This document shows positions 48,268 to 57,274 of a stretch of 64,000 nucleotides of DNA, piece after piece (position 1 is the first letter of the stretch; each line of letters opens with the position of its first letter). The translations under genes and the position numbers were made by a program. Under the pieces are notes generated by a model that searched no databases, was not told the DNA's origin, and saw nothing but the letters and a program-made list of their open reading frames with translations. Where the stretch lies: the IMG/VR virus record IMGVR_UViG_3300016662_000010; one strand, 5' to 3'. The stretch is from an uncultured virus (IMG/VR IMGVR_UViG_3300016662_000010) (Duplodnaviria; Heunggongvirae; Uroviricota; Caudoviricetes).

Positions 48268-48998
48268 TGGCCGTGAAATACGATTGGAGCACTTTCAATC
48301 GGGCCAAGGCGCAATGCGTCACGATAAAGGACCATGGCGGTGAATAACCGTTCGGCAATAAATGCAATACCGCGCTGATTGTACCCTTGCTGCTGCCTAA
48401 ATTGCTGCTCATAATCCTTCCACAGTGGCATACAAAAGCCCTCCAAAAGCATCGCCATGAACGGCTCGTAGAGATACTTTGGTCCTCTAGCCATAAGACA
48501 ACCATGAAAAGTGTTTTGTCGCCAAACTTTGTCTAGTTGATCAGCGGACAATGGCAGCAAACCACGACTTGCTACTTCCATCGTCATTTCATACCCTGGC
48601 AATCCATTGTGGCCTCCTTCAAATTGTTGTTTAAGAGAACACCCAAATTGCGCTGGATGGGGAACATAAAGCACAGAAGAACTAGACGGAACGATTGCCT
48701 CTTCTTGCCAAGACCTACGATATTGAGCATTGCCAATCAGTCTGCTGCCATCAAAATCTTGCGTAAGCCTCAAAACTGTCTCAATACAAGATAAGTCGGC
48801 CCAATAGGCATTATCTATTGACTTTGGGCCATCGTCGTACTCCCACTTGGGGCAAGGCATGTCGCTCACCAGTTGCTTTGGAGTTGCCCGCCAGCGTTTT
48901 GCGCCACAGAATACAGGCACTACCTTCGCAGCACTAGACCATCGCACAGGCTCGTGCAGAATACAGCCTGCATAAATTGTCAGATCAGAGCTTTGCAT
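48264..48998 (-). CDS. DUF4422-like glycosyltransferase-related protein
   Basis: N.YWADL, GNAQYRR, R..AFIAERLF. Confidence 0.65.
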   Translation of the reverse strand: MQSSDLTIYAGCILHEPVRWSSAAKVVPVFCGAKRWRATPKQLVSDMPCPKWEYDDGPKSIDNAYWADLSCIETVLRLTQDFDGSRLIGNAQYRRSWQEEAIVPSSSSVLYVPHPAQFGCSLKQQFEGGHNGLPGYEMTMEVASRGLLPLSADQLDKVWRQNTFHGCLMARGPKYLYEPFMAMLLEGFCMPLWKDYEQQFRQQQGYNQRGIAFIAERLFTAMVLYRDALRLGPIESAPIVFHGQ

Positions 48999-49701
48999 AG
49001 ACTTGTCGTTTTTGCCATAATTCGTTGTAGTTGTTGACGCCAGTGGCTCCAAGAGCAGTCAAGTCACCGCCGCCAGCGGGCTTACTCCAAGCCATGATTG
49101 TACCGTCAGGTAAGACAAAAGCTCGATTCTTTTGTTCGTATGATGGTGTCAACTCTAGGTAATCGCCAAACACGTAATCTGCATCACTTCCATGCCTTGC
49201 CAAAGACTGTCCTAGCAAGGTCGGACCAGTCGGACACAATGGGGTGATGCCATAGTATTCCCGCTTGCAATTCTCTACAATTTGACGAATAGCGATGGAA
49301 AGAGCGTGATTGTTGGGTTGGGCATACAAAACTGTTGTTGCACAAGCAAAACTTGTAAAGCTAAACCGTTGAATATCACGAAAGGCGAGGAGCTTAATCC
49401 TCTCTCCAATCTCAACTGGAGCCACTCCCCTAACGCCAATGTCAAAGTACCAGCCTCCCAGTGCGTTCAAGATGCAAAAGCGGCCAAGATCAGCCCTGTA
49501 TGAATAAGGTCGGAGAGTGTTAAAAGCCCACAGCACTTCTTCGTCATAGTGACTTTTGATCAGGTCACGTAGATCCTTGTTTCCATAGAGCCTGTAATCA
49601 GCATCAGGAAACAAAGCCTTGATTGTGCTTGTTGCGTATTGCAAGTGAGGCGATAACTCAAGGCTATTCGCTTCATTGATGAAGATTTGCGAAACTTGCA
49701 T
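48985..49701 (-). CDS. GT32-like (DXD) glycosyltransferase
   Basis: RADLGRFCILNALGGWYFDI, TGP.LL. Confidence 0.85.
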   Translation of the reverse strand: MQVSQIFINEANSLELSPHLQYATSTIKALFPDADYRLYGNKDLRDLIKSHYDEEVLWAFNTLRPYSYRADLGRFCILNALGGWYFDIGVRGVAPVEIGERIKLLAFRDIQRFSFTSFACATTVLYAQPNNHALSIAIRQIVENCKREYYGITPLCPTGPTLLGQSLARHGSDADYVFGDYLELTPSYEQKNRAFVLPDGTIMAWSKPAGGGDLTALGATGVNNYNELWQKRQVYAKL

Positions 49702-50921
49702 CAGCCCAGCCTCACTGGAGTACCAAAACCCTTGAAGGCAGGTGCTGGTTTTTCATTCAGGCAGCGATCAATAATGCCAATCATTTGCTGCGAGATCAGC
49801 CCCCAGTCATAGGCGGGGTCAGTGGCGCGATCAAAGCACCATTTTGCTGCTGTGCCAAGAAGGCCACGATCTTCGTGGTATGCCGTCAAGCAATCAGCCA
49901 TACTTTTAGTTGACGGAATTGGACGCTCCAAGCCATAACCACGATCAGTTTCAGCCTCCAGGCAATCAATTCGCCTGACACCATCGAAAATCTCTTTTAG
50001 GCTTGTGTGATCTGGCACCAGTTGCGCTACACCAGTAGCAGCGTGCTCAAAGTTGACTAGGCCCCATCCTTCGGCAATGCAAGTGTTGACACCAATGTCC
50101 GCAGCATTATATGCCCGATTGAGGTCAGCAATGGACAAGCAGTTGTTGACGCTGAAGTTGTGATTGGTCAGAATCAAACGGCTAGTTGGGTCGTAATCAT
50201 AGTCTCGTGCGACCCGATTAAACAACGGAATGATGTCCCAGCCTTGATCCTTGATTCCCATGTGGAGCCAAAGCCTTGCATTAGGAAAATGCTTGGCAAA
50301 ATGAATGAAGCCCTTGATGGTAATGTCAATGCGCTTACGCGGCTGATTGCGGTTGCCATTGAACACCACAAAGTCATCCTTTGCAATGCCCATGGCTCGC
50401 CTGGCGTCATCCCTATCCAAGGGAAAAAACTTAGAGCGATCCACTCCATGAGGAATCACATCAATGGTTTTCGTGTAACCAGCCTTCTCTAGTTCTGCTT
50501 TGCCAAATTGCGTATAGGTGCCAAGGCCGTCCAGCCCATCAAGATGCTGCATGAACTCCGGGAAAATGCCATAGGAGTCAATGGGCGAATAACCATACAC
50601 TTTCATCGGCACTTGCTCTCGCGCTGGCTTAAGAGCTTGCAGAAATGGCGGAATACACCAGAGATCATTGGTGATCCATACAAGGTCTGGCTGAATGGCT
50701 GCCGCCAATTCCGCAATGCGATGGGAGCCAAAAGGATCAGGGCCACCAACTTGTGCTGGATACATGCGGCAATACTGCTGCATGGGCGACGGATCACCAT
50801 GCCAATTCACTGCTAGGCCATGGATTTCGTGCTTGTCCGACAGGCGAGGGATAAGCTCCTCTGCTACACGACCAAATCCAGTCTGGGCTCCAATGTCACC
50901 ACAGTAAAGAATGCGTGCCAC
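49701..50921 (-). CDS. GT4 (GT-B) glycosyltransferase
   Basis: TGFGRV, IPHGVD, RNQPRKR, YNAADI, EGWGL...E...G. Confidence 0.92.
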   Translation of the reverse strand: MARILYCGDIGAQTGFGRVAEELIPRLSDKHEIHGLAVNWHGDPSPMQQYCRMYPAQVGGPDPFGSHRIAELAAAIQPDLVWITNDLWCIPPFLQALKPAREQVPMKVYGYSPIDSYGIFPEFMQHLDGLDGLGTYTQFGKAELEKAGYTKTIDVIPHGVDRSKFFPLDRDDARRAMGIAKDDFVVFNGNRNQPRKRIDITIKGFIHFAKHFPNARLWLHMGIKDQGWDIIPLFNRVARDYDYDPTSRLILTNHNFSVNNCLSIADLNRAYNAADIGVNTCIAEGWGLVNFEHAATGVAQLVPDHTSLKEIFDGVRRIDCLEAETDRGYGLERPIPSTKSMADCLTAYHEDRGLLGTAAKWCFDRATDPAYDWGLISQQMIGIIDRCLNEKPAPAFKGFGTPVRLG

Positions 50922-50955
50922 AAAAAACGAATAACTGCCACCATGGTAGTGGTCG

Positions 50956-51633
50956 TTATGGCATTTGCGAGCGATAGTAACGAATGGTGCAGCGGCATCT
51001 TGCCTTGCATTCACAACGCTGCCCTGGCATTGGCAGAGCCCCTAAGGCCACAATTCCGGCAGCAGCATAACGAAGACAGTCTTGACAGTGCTGGGCCTGG
51101 GGATCAAGGATGCGTTTCATTAACGTATAGCCTTGCTTCTCTTGCCGGATGGTGGTACCAGTCCAGTATGAGCCCCTGACGCTATCGGCATAGAGACCAA
51201 TACGGGCCAAGGCCATGGGCACTGATACTCTTTGCTCCAGGAGGTCTTTGGCAAAGCCCTCCAGATAGCGATATTCTTCCCTCAGGCGCCATCCCACACG
51301 TCCCCATGCTGCAGCGTCCATTCCTTGCTGGCCACCATTCCCGACCAAAGCAGCTTGGATATGAGCCCGCTTAATTTCGGCCCTCACTTGCACTTGCCAT
51401 TGCTCTAGGCTCAAAGTGCCATCAGCTAAAGAGGCTGTTAGTGCCCTTAGGTCGCTTTTTGTCCTGTTCACTCGACCATCAATGATGGCCTCAACAGTGG
51501 CGCCGCTCAAGAACCTGCCATTGGCGGCCCGGTAGCGGCCTGTGCGGGGATCGTAGGACCAGTCCTCGTCCAGCCTTGCGCTAAGGGCAATGGAGTCGGC
51601 CAGGAGGGATGCTGGGGATAGTTCCTGCATCAT
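50956..51633 (-). CDS. Head morphogenesis/minor capsid protein (gp7/Mu F-like)
   Basis: Directly after portal; HCQDC...PG..CEC..RCRC. Confidence 0.75.
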   Translation of the reverse strand: MMQELSPASLLADSIALSARLDEDWSYDPRTGRYRAANGRFLSGATVEAIIDGRVNRTKSDLRALTASLADGTLSLEQWQVQVRAEIKRAHIQAALVGNGGQQGMDAAAWGRVGWRLREEYRYLEGFAKDLLEQRVSVPMALARIGLYADSVRGSYWTGTTIRQEKQGYTLMKRILDPQAQHCQDCLRYAAAGIVALGALPMPGQRCECKARCRCTIRYYRSQMP

Positions 51634-53714
51634 TGCTGCTGCGGGTCAAGGTCGGTGGCCTCAAGAAGCGTCTTGTACCGTTCCGGGGCCTCCCGTTTCC
51701 ATTCTTCCAATGCCGCCTGAATATCGGCCTGTTCAATGATTGCCGCTTCGTCAATGCCACTAATGATTGTGCCTTCTACTTTCAGGGGATCAATGGCATC
51801 AACTTTGCTGCTGACCATTCGTGCCGGTCCTTTCCTTTCAGGATCAGGGTCGGCCTTGCGCTTGCGGGCAACAATCGTTTGGCGCTCCTCTTTGCTCATG
51901 GCTGCAGCCTTGGCCTGTGGCAAGCACTTAGGTTTGCCTTCCTCCTGTCCTCGACCACCACAAGGCCCCATGATTTCGCCATTGCTACCAATCCTCACCC
52001 ACTTTTCCTTGAACCATCGGTCAAGATCATCAGCATGGATTTCACCATCGTCTCCCTTAAAAGCACCTGAGAGTGAGCCATGTTTTTCCTTATAGAGAGC
52101 TTTGTATTGCTGTACCACGTAGCCACTGGCATAAGCCGATGGCCAAACCTTAAACTTGCTTTTTGCTGCTGACACGGCCTGACTATGTAATCCTTCATCG
52201 GCAAACTTCACGTCACCGCGACGCTCCTCTAAATCTCGCGGCATAAACAATCCCGCCTCACTGTCTTGCACCTCCCTACTGCCGTCCATTGGCAGCGTGC
52301 CATTCTGTTCATTCAGGGGATCACGTCCGCCAGGAGGCACTGGCTTACCTTGTGTCTGCTGGGGCAGTTCGCGAGGGAGCGATGGGTCAAGAGTAAGCTC
52401 CATTGTCCATTCGCTGCCGCCATAACGCGCTTCTGCCACTTCTTTCGGATGCAAGACGCCAAGTTGGATGTAGCGGCCATCAACGGCTGCCACTCGGGCT
52501 CTTACGTCAGCCTTTTCCCTTTCGTTTAGCTCAAACAGATCATTGAACTTGATGCGCCAAGAATCGGGGATTTGCCCATTGGTGGGACCTTCCTTGCTCA
52601 GCAAGATATACTCCATGAGCTTTTTCAATGGGCGGCGGAAGTGACTGCTTTGATAGTCACCTAAGAGCTTGGCAAAATCTCGTTCTTCACTACGGCCAGT
52701 GGCGCCAATCCCACTGGGACTTTCGCCAAACAAGATAGTATGAGGAATCTGAGAAGCGCCAATAATGTCAATTCTCAGTTTCTCTAGTACATCGCCAATA
52801 CCAGAGAACTGCCTGCTAATGAACTCAAGCTCCTCTTTCTCAGCATCAATGGCAAATCCCCTATACACGCTCTTGCTCATATCATTCAGAATGAGCCTAT
52901 TTTTTACGTCACCTTCTTTGCCATTAGCCAGCATCTGAGACAAGTTACGAATCTTGTGGACAAAAATGTCAAACTCGCTTAGCAGCATGGACGATGAATG
53001 AATGCCAGTCCAGTAGTGGCGGAAACTATCGTAAATTGGCTGCACACTACTCATTCCCCATCCATAGTTCCTTTGACGAATCCGGTAGGGAAGCCACATG
53101 CCATCAAAGCGCAAGATGCGATCCTTGTGGATTTTTTGAAGTGTCGGCTGCTGAATAAGATCGCCTGAAATGATCTGGTAGTACGTGGCCTTGGAATAGT
53201 CGTACAGGCTTTCTTCGCTAATCAATGGTGCAATCTGATAACGGTCAAGCACCTCCATGCCTTCTACTTCTACGATTGCATTCTTGTTGACTGGCTGGTC
53301 AGCAGAGCGTCCATCGTTGATGTAAAGCAGGATTGCAGCGCCACCATATAGCCTTTCGTTCTTGCCGGCGAGGTTAAAGTTTTCTAGGATCATCAAGTCT
53401 TCTATGACTTGCTCTACGCCAACCACTTCCTCTGCCTTGACACCATCGCCACCAAATAAGATACGAAAACCCTTGCGGGTGGCCTGATCGGCAACAATGT
53501 CTACCACTCGACGTGGAATCCACTCGCCATAGAGCCCCTCCAGTTCCTCTTGCGTGAGAAAAATGATGGGCTGGGAAATAGTGGCCTGTGACTTGTCTCT
53601 ACTGGTTCCCATGCCAGTGAAGACATTGGCTAGGCCGTCAGCCCTATAGCCCTCCCCGTCGAAATGCCCAAAGTTAATAATGGGGCCACCATCTTTCGCG
53701 CTCAGTGTGGTCAT
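51630..53714 (-). CDS. Portal protein (DUF1073-like) with C-terminal accessory domains
   Basis: RLYGGAAIL, IHKDR, WGMS, IP.TILFGESP.G; C-terminal WPSAYASG and LDRWFKEKW...C. Confidence 0.9.
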   Translation of the reverse strand: MTTLSAKDGGPIINFGHFDGEGYRADGLANVFTGMGTSRDKSQATISQPIIFLTQEELEGLYGEWIPRRVVDIVADQATRKGFRILFGGDGVKAEEVVGVEQVIEDLMILENFNLAGKNERLYGGAAILLYINDGRSADQPVNKNAIVEVEGMEVLDRYQIAPLISEESLYDYSKATYYQIISGDLIQQPTLQKIHKDRILRFDGMWLPYRIRQRNYGWGMSSVQPIYDSFRHYWTGIHSSSMLLSEFDIFVHKIRNLSQMLANGKEGDVKNRLILNDMSKSVYRGFAIDAEKEELEFISRQFSGIGDVLEKLRIDIIGASQIPHTILFGESPSGIGATGRSEERDFAKLLGDYQSSHFRRPLKKLMEYILLSKEGPTNGQIPDSWRIKFNDLFELNEREKADVRARVAAVDGRYIQLGVLHPKEVAEARYGGSEWTMELTLDPSLPRELPQQTQGKPVPPGGRDPLNEQNGTLPMDGSREVQDSEAGLFMPRDLEERRGDVKFADEGLHSQAVSAAKSKFKVWPSAYASGYVVQQYKALYKEKHGSLSGAFKGDDGEIHADDLDRWFKEKWVRIGSNGEIMGPCGGRGQEEGKPKCLPQAKAAAMSKEERQTIVARKRKADPDPERKGPARMVSSKVDAIDPLKVEGTIISGIDEAAIIEQADIQAALEEWKREAPERYKTLLEATDLDPQQQ

Positions 53715-53775
53715 ATTGTTGGCTTGTTTTCTCCACTCTAATTGCCGTTATGATATTGGCGGTTGCGCCTCTTTC

Positions 53776-54285
53776 ATGGCCCTGCAAGTCATTTTGACCG
53801 AAGACGAAAGCCTTTCTGCCATAGAGGAGGCCCATCGTCGCCAAAAGACGAATGAAGCAAAAGGGCTATGGGGAAGGAATGGTGGGGCTAGAACTGGCGG
53901 CAAGGCCATTGAAATGCACGTTATGGGCGCCATGGGCGAAATGGCGGTGGCAAAGCACTTGGGCCTTAAAGGCTTTCTTTATCAAGAGGCCGAAGCCAAG
54001 CGTGGTTCTGTTGACTTGCCGCCAGACATTGACGTTAAAACTCGCAAAGGCCATGATCGTGACTTAATCGTGCAACTTTCTGACAGGCGAGATAAGCGTT
54101 ATATTCTGGTTACTTGGATGAATCCCGCGCAGTTGTTCATTCATGGATGGATTAGTGGCGAAAAAGCTATGCAGCCACAATACATTCTTGATCCAGCGCG
54201 AGGGCGCAAAGCCTACTTTGTGCCACAATCTGTCCTTATGCCAATGACACATTTTGACAATGCTCAAGTGCTCACAGTTTGCTGA
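53776..54285 (+). CDS. Hypothetical protein, PD-(D/E)XK-like
   Basis: GAMGEMAVAK...D...IDVKT...YILV. Confidence 0.55.
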   Translation: MALQVILTEDESLSAIEEAHRRQKTNEAKGLWGRNGGARTGGKAIEMHVMGAMGEMAVAKHLGLKGFLYQEAEAKRGSVDLPPDIDVKTRKGHDRDLIVQLSDRRDKRYILVTWMNPAQLFIHGWISGEKAMQPQYILDPARGRKAYFVPQSVLMPMTHFDNAQVLTVC

Positions 54286-56086
54286 ATACGCCTTAGGCCT
54301 TACTTTATGGGATAAGCAGAAAGAAATTGTTGATGAATACTTCAATGGCACCAAAACGCATGGTGTTTGGGCGCTTGGCCGCCGTTGTGTCACTGGAGAC
54401 ACGCTTATTACTACAAGTCAAGGAAACATAAAAATTAAAGAGTTAGCAGATCGCGGTGAGACGCTAACGCTAGAAGACGGAAGCAAATGGCAAACGTGTT
54501 CTGCACAAGTGGCCCAACTGGATGGCAGTTATGCTTCCGCAGAGCTTGTGCACGTTGGGGGAATAGAGCCAACCCGAAAAATTACACTAGCCAATGGCCT
54601 CTTTATTGCCGGCACTCTGGAACATCCCATCATGGTCATGGGAAGCAATGGAGCAGAATGGAAGGAACTACAACATATCAAGACTGGCGATTTAGTTTTT
54701 ACTGTTTCCATGAAAAGGAGCAATGGGCGAGAACTGGTGTCGGTAATTGGCAATGACGAGAATGGGCTGCATCAAGTATTTGATCTACACGTTCCTAGTA
54801 CAAATGCTTTTATTGGCAATGGCATCTGTAATCACAATAGCGGTAAAACTCTGCTTGCCGCAGTAGCGGCCCTCTATGTCTGCTTTGTCCTAGAAGAACG
54901 GTATAGGCGCAAAGTAAGAAAGAAAGAGAAGTGGTACATTGTCACTATTGCCAATGATCAATCCCAAGCAAAGTTGGCCCTAAATAACATCCGTCAACTG
55001 CTCATTGACAGTCAGTTTGCCAAAGAAATCACCAGGGAAACTGCCACTGAAATTGAAATCAGCAACGGCTGTGTATTCCAGGCAATTCCAGCCTCGGCCC
55101 GTGCTTCACGAGGTAAGGCCGTGGTCATGATCATCATGGATGAACTTGCGTTCAGCATTGAAGGCGATGCCAACCGTGGCGCAAAGGCCATCTACACCGC
55201 TCTGTCCCCCTCCATTGCCCAGTTTGGTGACGATGGGCGAATCCTAGAGCTTTCATCGCCATGGCTCACGGACGGCCTGTTCTATGAACACTACTGCGAA
55301 GCTCAAAGTGGTGAATACAAGTTCATGCAAGCCATCAACATTCCAACATGGGAAATCAATCCCAACCTGCCGTGGGGCTGTAGTTTCTTAGAGGCAGAGC
55401 TTAAGCGCGATCCCGAGAAGTTCTGGGTGGAATATGGCGCCCAATTCTCCAAGAATCTATCAGCCTTGCTAGCGCCAGAAGTGGTGGAGGCAGCCGTAGA
55501 CAAAAAGCGTGGCATCCTGTTGCCACAACGCGATTTCCAGAGCATGTACTACCTGGCCCTAGACCCCGCCAAAGGTGGTGTTGGCCGCGATAATTATACG
55601 GCAGCCATTGTCCACTACGAAGGTGAAACGCTAGTCGTGGACAAGTTCCATTCGTTTGATGCTGATTTTGAGATCAATGGTAAAAAGGAAGTCAATATCA
55701 AAGGAGTGGAGCAATGGATTGTGGAACACCATAAAGCCTATGGTTTCAAGGAAATTGTGCTTGACCAGTTCAATAGTGCTTCCACCATCCAAACGCTTGC
55801 CGAAAGTTTCCCAATTAGCGAACTGACGTGGAGTGTTTCCACTAAGATGAAGGCGTTTAGCAAGATGCGACAGTTGTTCAATGCTGGCCTGATCAGTCTC
55901 TATCCACATGAAATTGCAATCAAACAGATCAAAAACCTTAGCGTGGTGTATCGACAATCAGGACAATGGACAGTGACTGGTGGTAAAGAAGCAAATGTTG
56001 ACGACTATCCCTTTGCATTGGCTGCTGCCATCATGGTGGCATCAGAAGGTGATGATATTGACTGGATCAATTCTTTAGTTCGCTAA
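54254..56086 (+). CDS. terL: Terminase large subunit, intein-containing
   Basis: Spliced Walker A GRR|SGKT, Walker B IIMDE, LSSP, nuclease LALDPA, DQF, DD.P.ALA. Confidence 0.92.
   Translation: MTMLKCSQFAEYALGLTLWDKQKEIVDEYFNGTKTHGVWALGRRCVTGDTLITTSQGNIKIKELADRGETLTLEDGSKWQTCSAQVAQLDGSYASAELVHVGGIEPTRKITLANGLFIAGTLEHPIMVMGSNGAEWKELQHIKTGDLVFTVSMKRSNGRELVSVIGNDENGLHQVFDLHVPSTNAFIGNGICNHNSGKTLLAAVAALYVCFVLEERYRRKVRKKEKWYIVTIANDQSQAKLALNNIRQLLIDSQFAKEITRETATEIEISNGCVFQAIPASARASRGKAVVMIIMDELAFSIEGDANRGAKAIYTALSPSIAQFGDDGRILELSSPWLTDGLFYEHYCEAQSGEYKFMQAINIPTWEINPNLPWGCSFLEAELKRDPEKFWVEYGAQFSKNLSALLAPEVVEAAVDKKRGILLPQRDFQSMYYLALDPAKGGVGRDNYTAAIVHYEGETLVVDKFHSFDADFEINGKKEVNIKGVEQWIVEHHKAYGFKEIVLDQFNSASTIQTLAESFPISELTWSVSTKMKAFSKMRQLFNAGLISLYPHEIAIKQIKNLSVVYRQSGQWTVTGGKEANVDDYPFALAAAIMVASEGDDIDWINSLVR
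54386..54838 (+). mobile_element. Mini-intein (151 aa, no homing endonuclease)
   Basis: Starts CVTGDT, block B TLEHP, ends VFDLHV...NAFIGNGICNHN followed by Ser. Confidence 0.93.
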
Positions 56087-56121
56087 GGCTATTAGTATGG
56101 CAATAGTTTTCCCATGGTAAG

Positions 56122-56295
56122 GTGCTTGTTGACTTAGAGGCAAAAGAAATCACTTTCCTGCTGGCATTGCTTGATGCTGACAAGCAAACAGCATTGCAAC
56201 TACTGGCAGCGGATCATTTTTATGAACCCAAGCTCCTGCCAAAGTTACGAAAAGCTGAAAGAGAAGCGCGGCGTCAAGCTCCAGAGGCAGGCTAG
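56122..56295 (+). CDS. Small hypothetical protein (not in ORF track)
   Basis: GTG...VLVDLEAKEITFLLALLDADKQTALQLLAADHFYEPKLLPKLR...TAG. Confidence 0.5.
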   Translation: MLVDLEAKEITFLLALLDADKQTALQLLAADHFYEPKLLPKLRKAEREARRQAPEAG

Positions 56296-56323
56296 ACTAC
56301 AACAGAACGACTCGTCGCTTTCT

Positions 56324-56560
56324 ATGGCCCAGATTCTCAGCGCAAAAGCAGAAGCAGCCTGGCTTGAGCTTGTTGATGCTGCTTATGATGCCTGTGATGA
56401 TGTGGATAGTGGCAACCCGTTTTTTTATTTGACCAGCCAGTATTCGCAATGCCTTGCAGAATACCATCAGGCAATGGAGGAAAACGATAGGGACTTATTC
56501 TGGGACAGGAAGTGCAGTGAAGATCCCAGTATGGTCGAATGCCGCATTTACGACTGCTGA
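56324..56560 (+). CDS. cp12: Divergent CP12-like protein
   Basis: 78 aa acidic; C-terminal CSEDPSMVECRIYD matches the CP12 C-x8-C-R-x-Y-D motif. Confidence 0.65.
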   Translation: MAQILSAKAEAAWLELVDAAYDACDDVDSGNPFFYLTSQYSQCLAEYHQAMEENDRDLFWDRKCSEDPSMVECRIYDC

Positions 56561-56697
56561 TGGTTCGGCTTTGTTATTCCATGAAAGGCAAGCGATATGA
56601 GGCTTGCCTGTCTATCAAGGAAGCAATCAAACTAAATCAACGCCTATTAGCTGCTGGAGCGGCAGTGTATTGGACCGAACGACTTTCCCTTCCATAG
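56560..56697 (+). CDS. Small hypothetical protein
   Basis: MVRLCYSMKGKRYEACL...VYWTER; TGATG coupling to the upstream gene. Confidence 0.5.
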   Translation: MVRLCYSMKGKRYEACLSIKEAIKLNQRLLAAGAAVYWTERLSLP

Positions 56698-56761
56698 CCC
56701 AACCGGAAGAGGCAGCGCCCTTAAAAGGCGTATAGTGTCAGTTCGACTCTGACTGGAGGGA
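56688..56761 (+). tRNA. trnL: tRNA-Leu(UAA), short variable loop, no encoded CCA
   Basis: Acceptor CCTTCCA/TGGAGGG, anticodon arm GCGCC-CTTAAAA-GGCGT, T arm GTCAG-TTCGACT-CTGAC, discriminator A. Confidence 0.88.
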
Positions 56762-57274
56762 TTCCATTTCAGCTTTTACCACTTCCCAGGCGATTGGGGC
56801 GAAATTGGTGTGCTCCACGCACACGGAATAGTAGAGCGGATCAATGGTACCGTCAAGTAGCGTGATACGTCCTGTATGCAAGTGGCCATGAATGTTGCCA
56901 CGATACCGTTCTACTGAACCACGATGGCAAGGAATATGAGAAAACAGAAAGCGATCGTTGTTGACGAAAGCTCCCCGAATGTCATAGAAGAACTCTGTGT
57001 AGTCAGAGAGCCTAAAGATGTCGTGGTTGCCACGAATCAATGCTTTCTTTCCATTGAGACGGCCAAGGATTTTGAGAGACTGCCTAGGAATGGCCACGTC
57101 GCCTAGATGGTACACAGTATCTTGCGGCTTAACCACTGCATTCCACCGCTCTACCATGGCTTCATCCATGGCTTCTACGGTATCCCACGGGCGAGTCTTG
57201 TTGCCATTGGCGTCAACAAAGGAGCAAGACTTAACGTGGCCAAAATGCGTATCAGAGATCAGAAAGAGGCTCAT
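56738..57274 (-). CDS. Calcineurin-like metallophosphoesterase
   Basis: SDTHFGH, HLGD, GNHD, SHIP, HGHLH. Confidence 0.93.
   Translation of the reverse strand: MSLFLISDTHFGHVKSCSFVDANGNKTRPWDTVEAMDEAMVERWNAVVKPQDTVYHLGDVAIPRQSLKILGRLNGKKALIRGNHDIFRLSDYTEFFYDIRGAFVNNDRFLFSHIPCHRGSVERYRGNIHGHLHTGRITLLDGTIDPLYYSVCVEHTNFAPIAWEVVKAEMESLQSESN

Noticed and set aside
51630..53714. Anti-CBASS Acb1 nuclease label
   Set aside because: The sequence and position fit a DUF1073-type portal; no paired HxT/S phosphoesterase motifs recognised.
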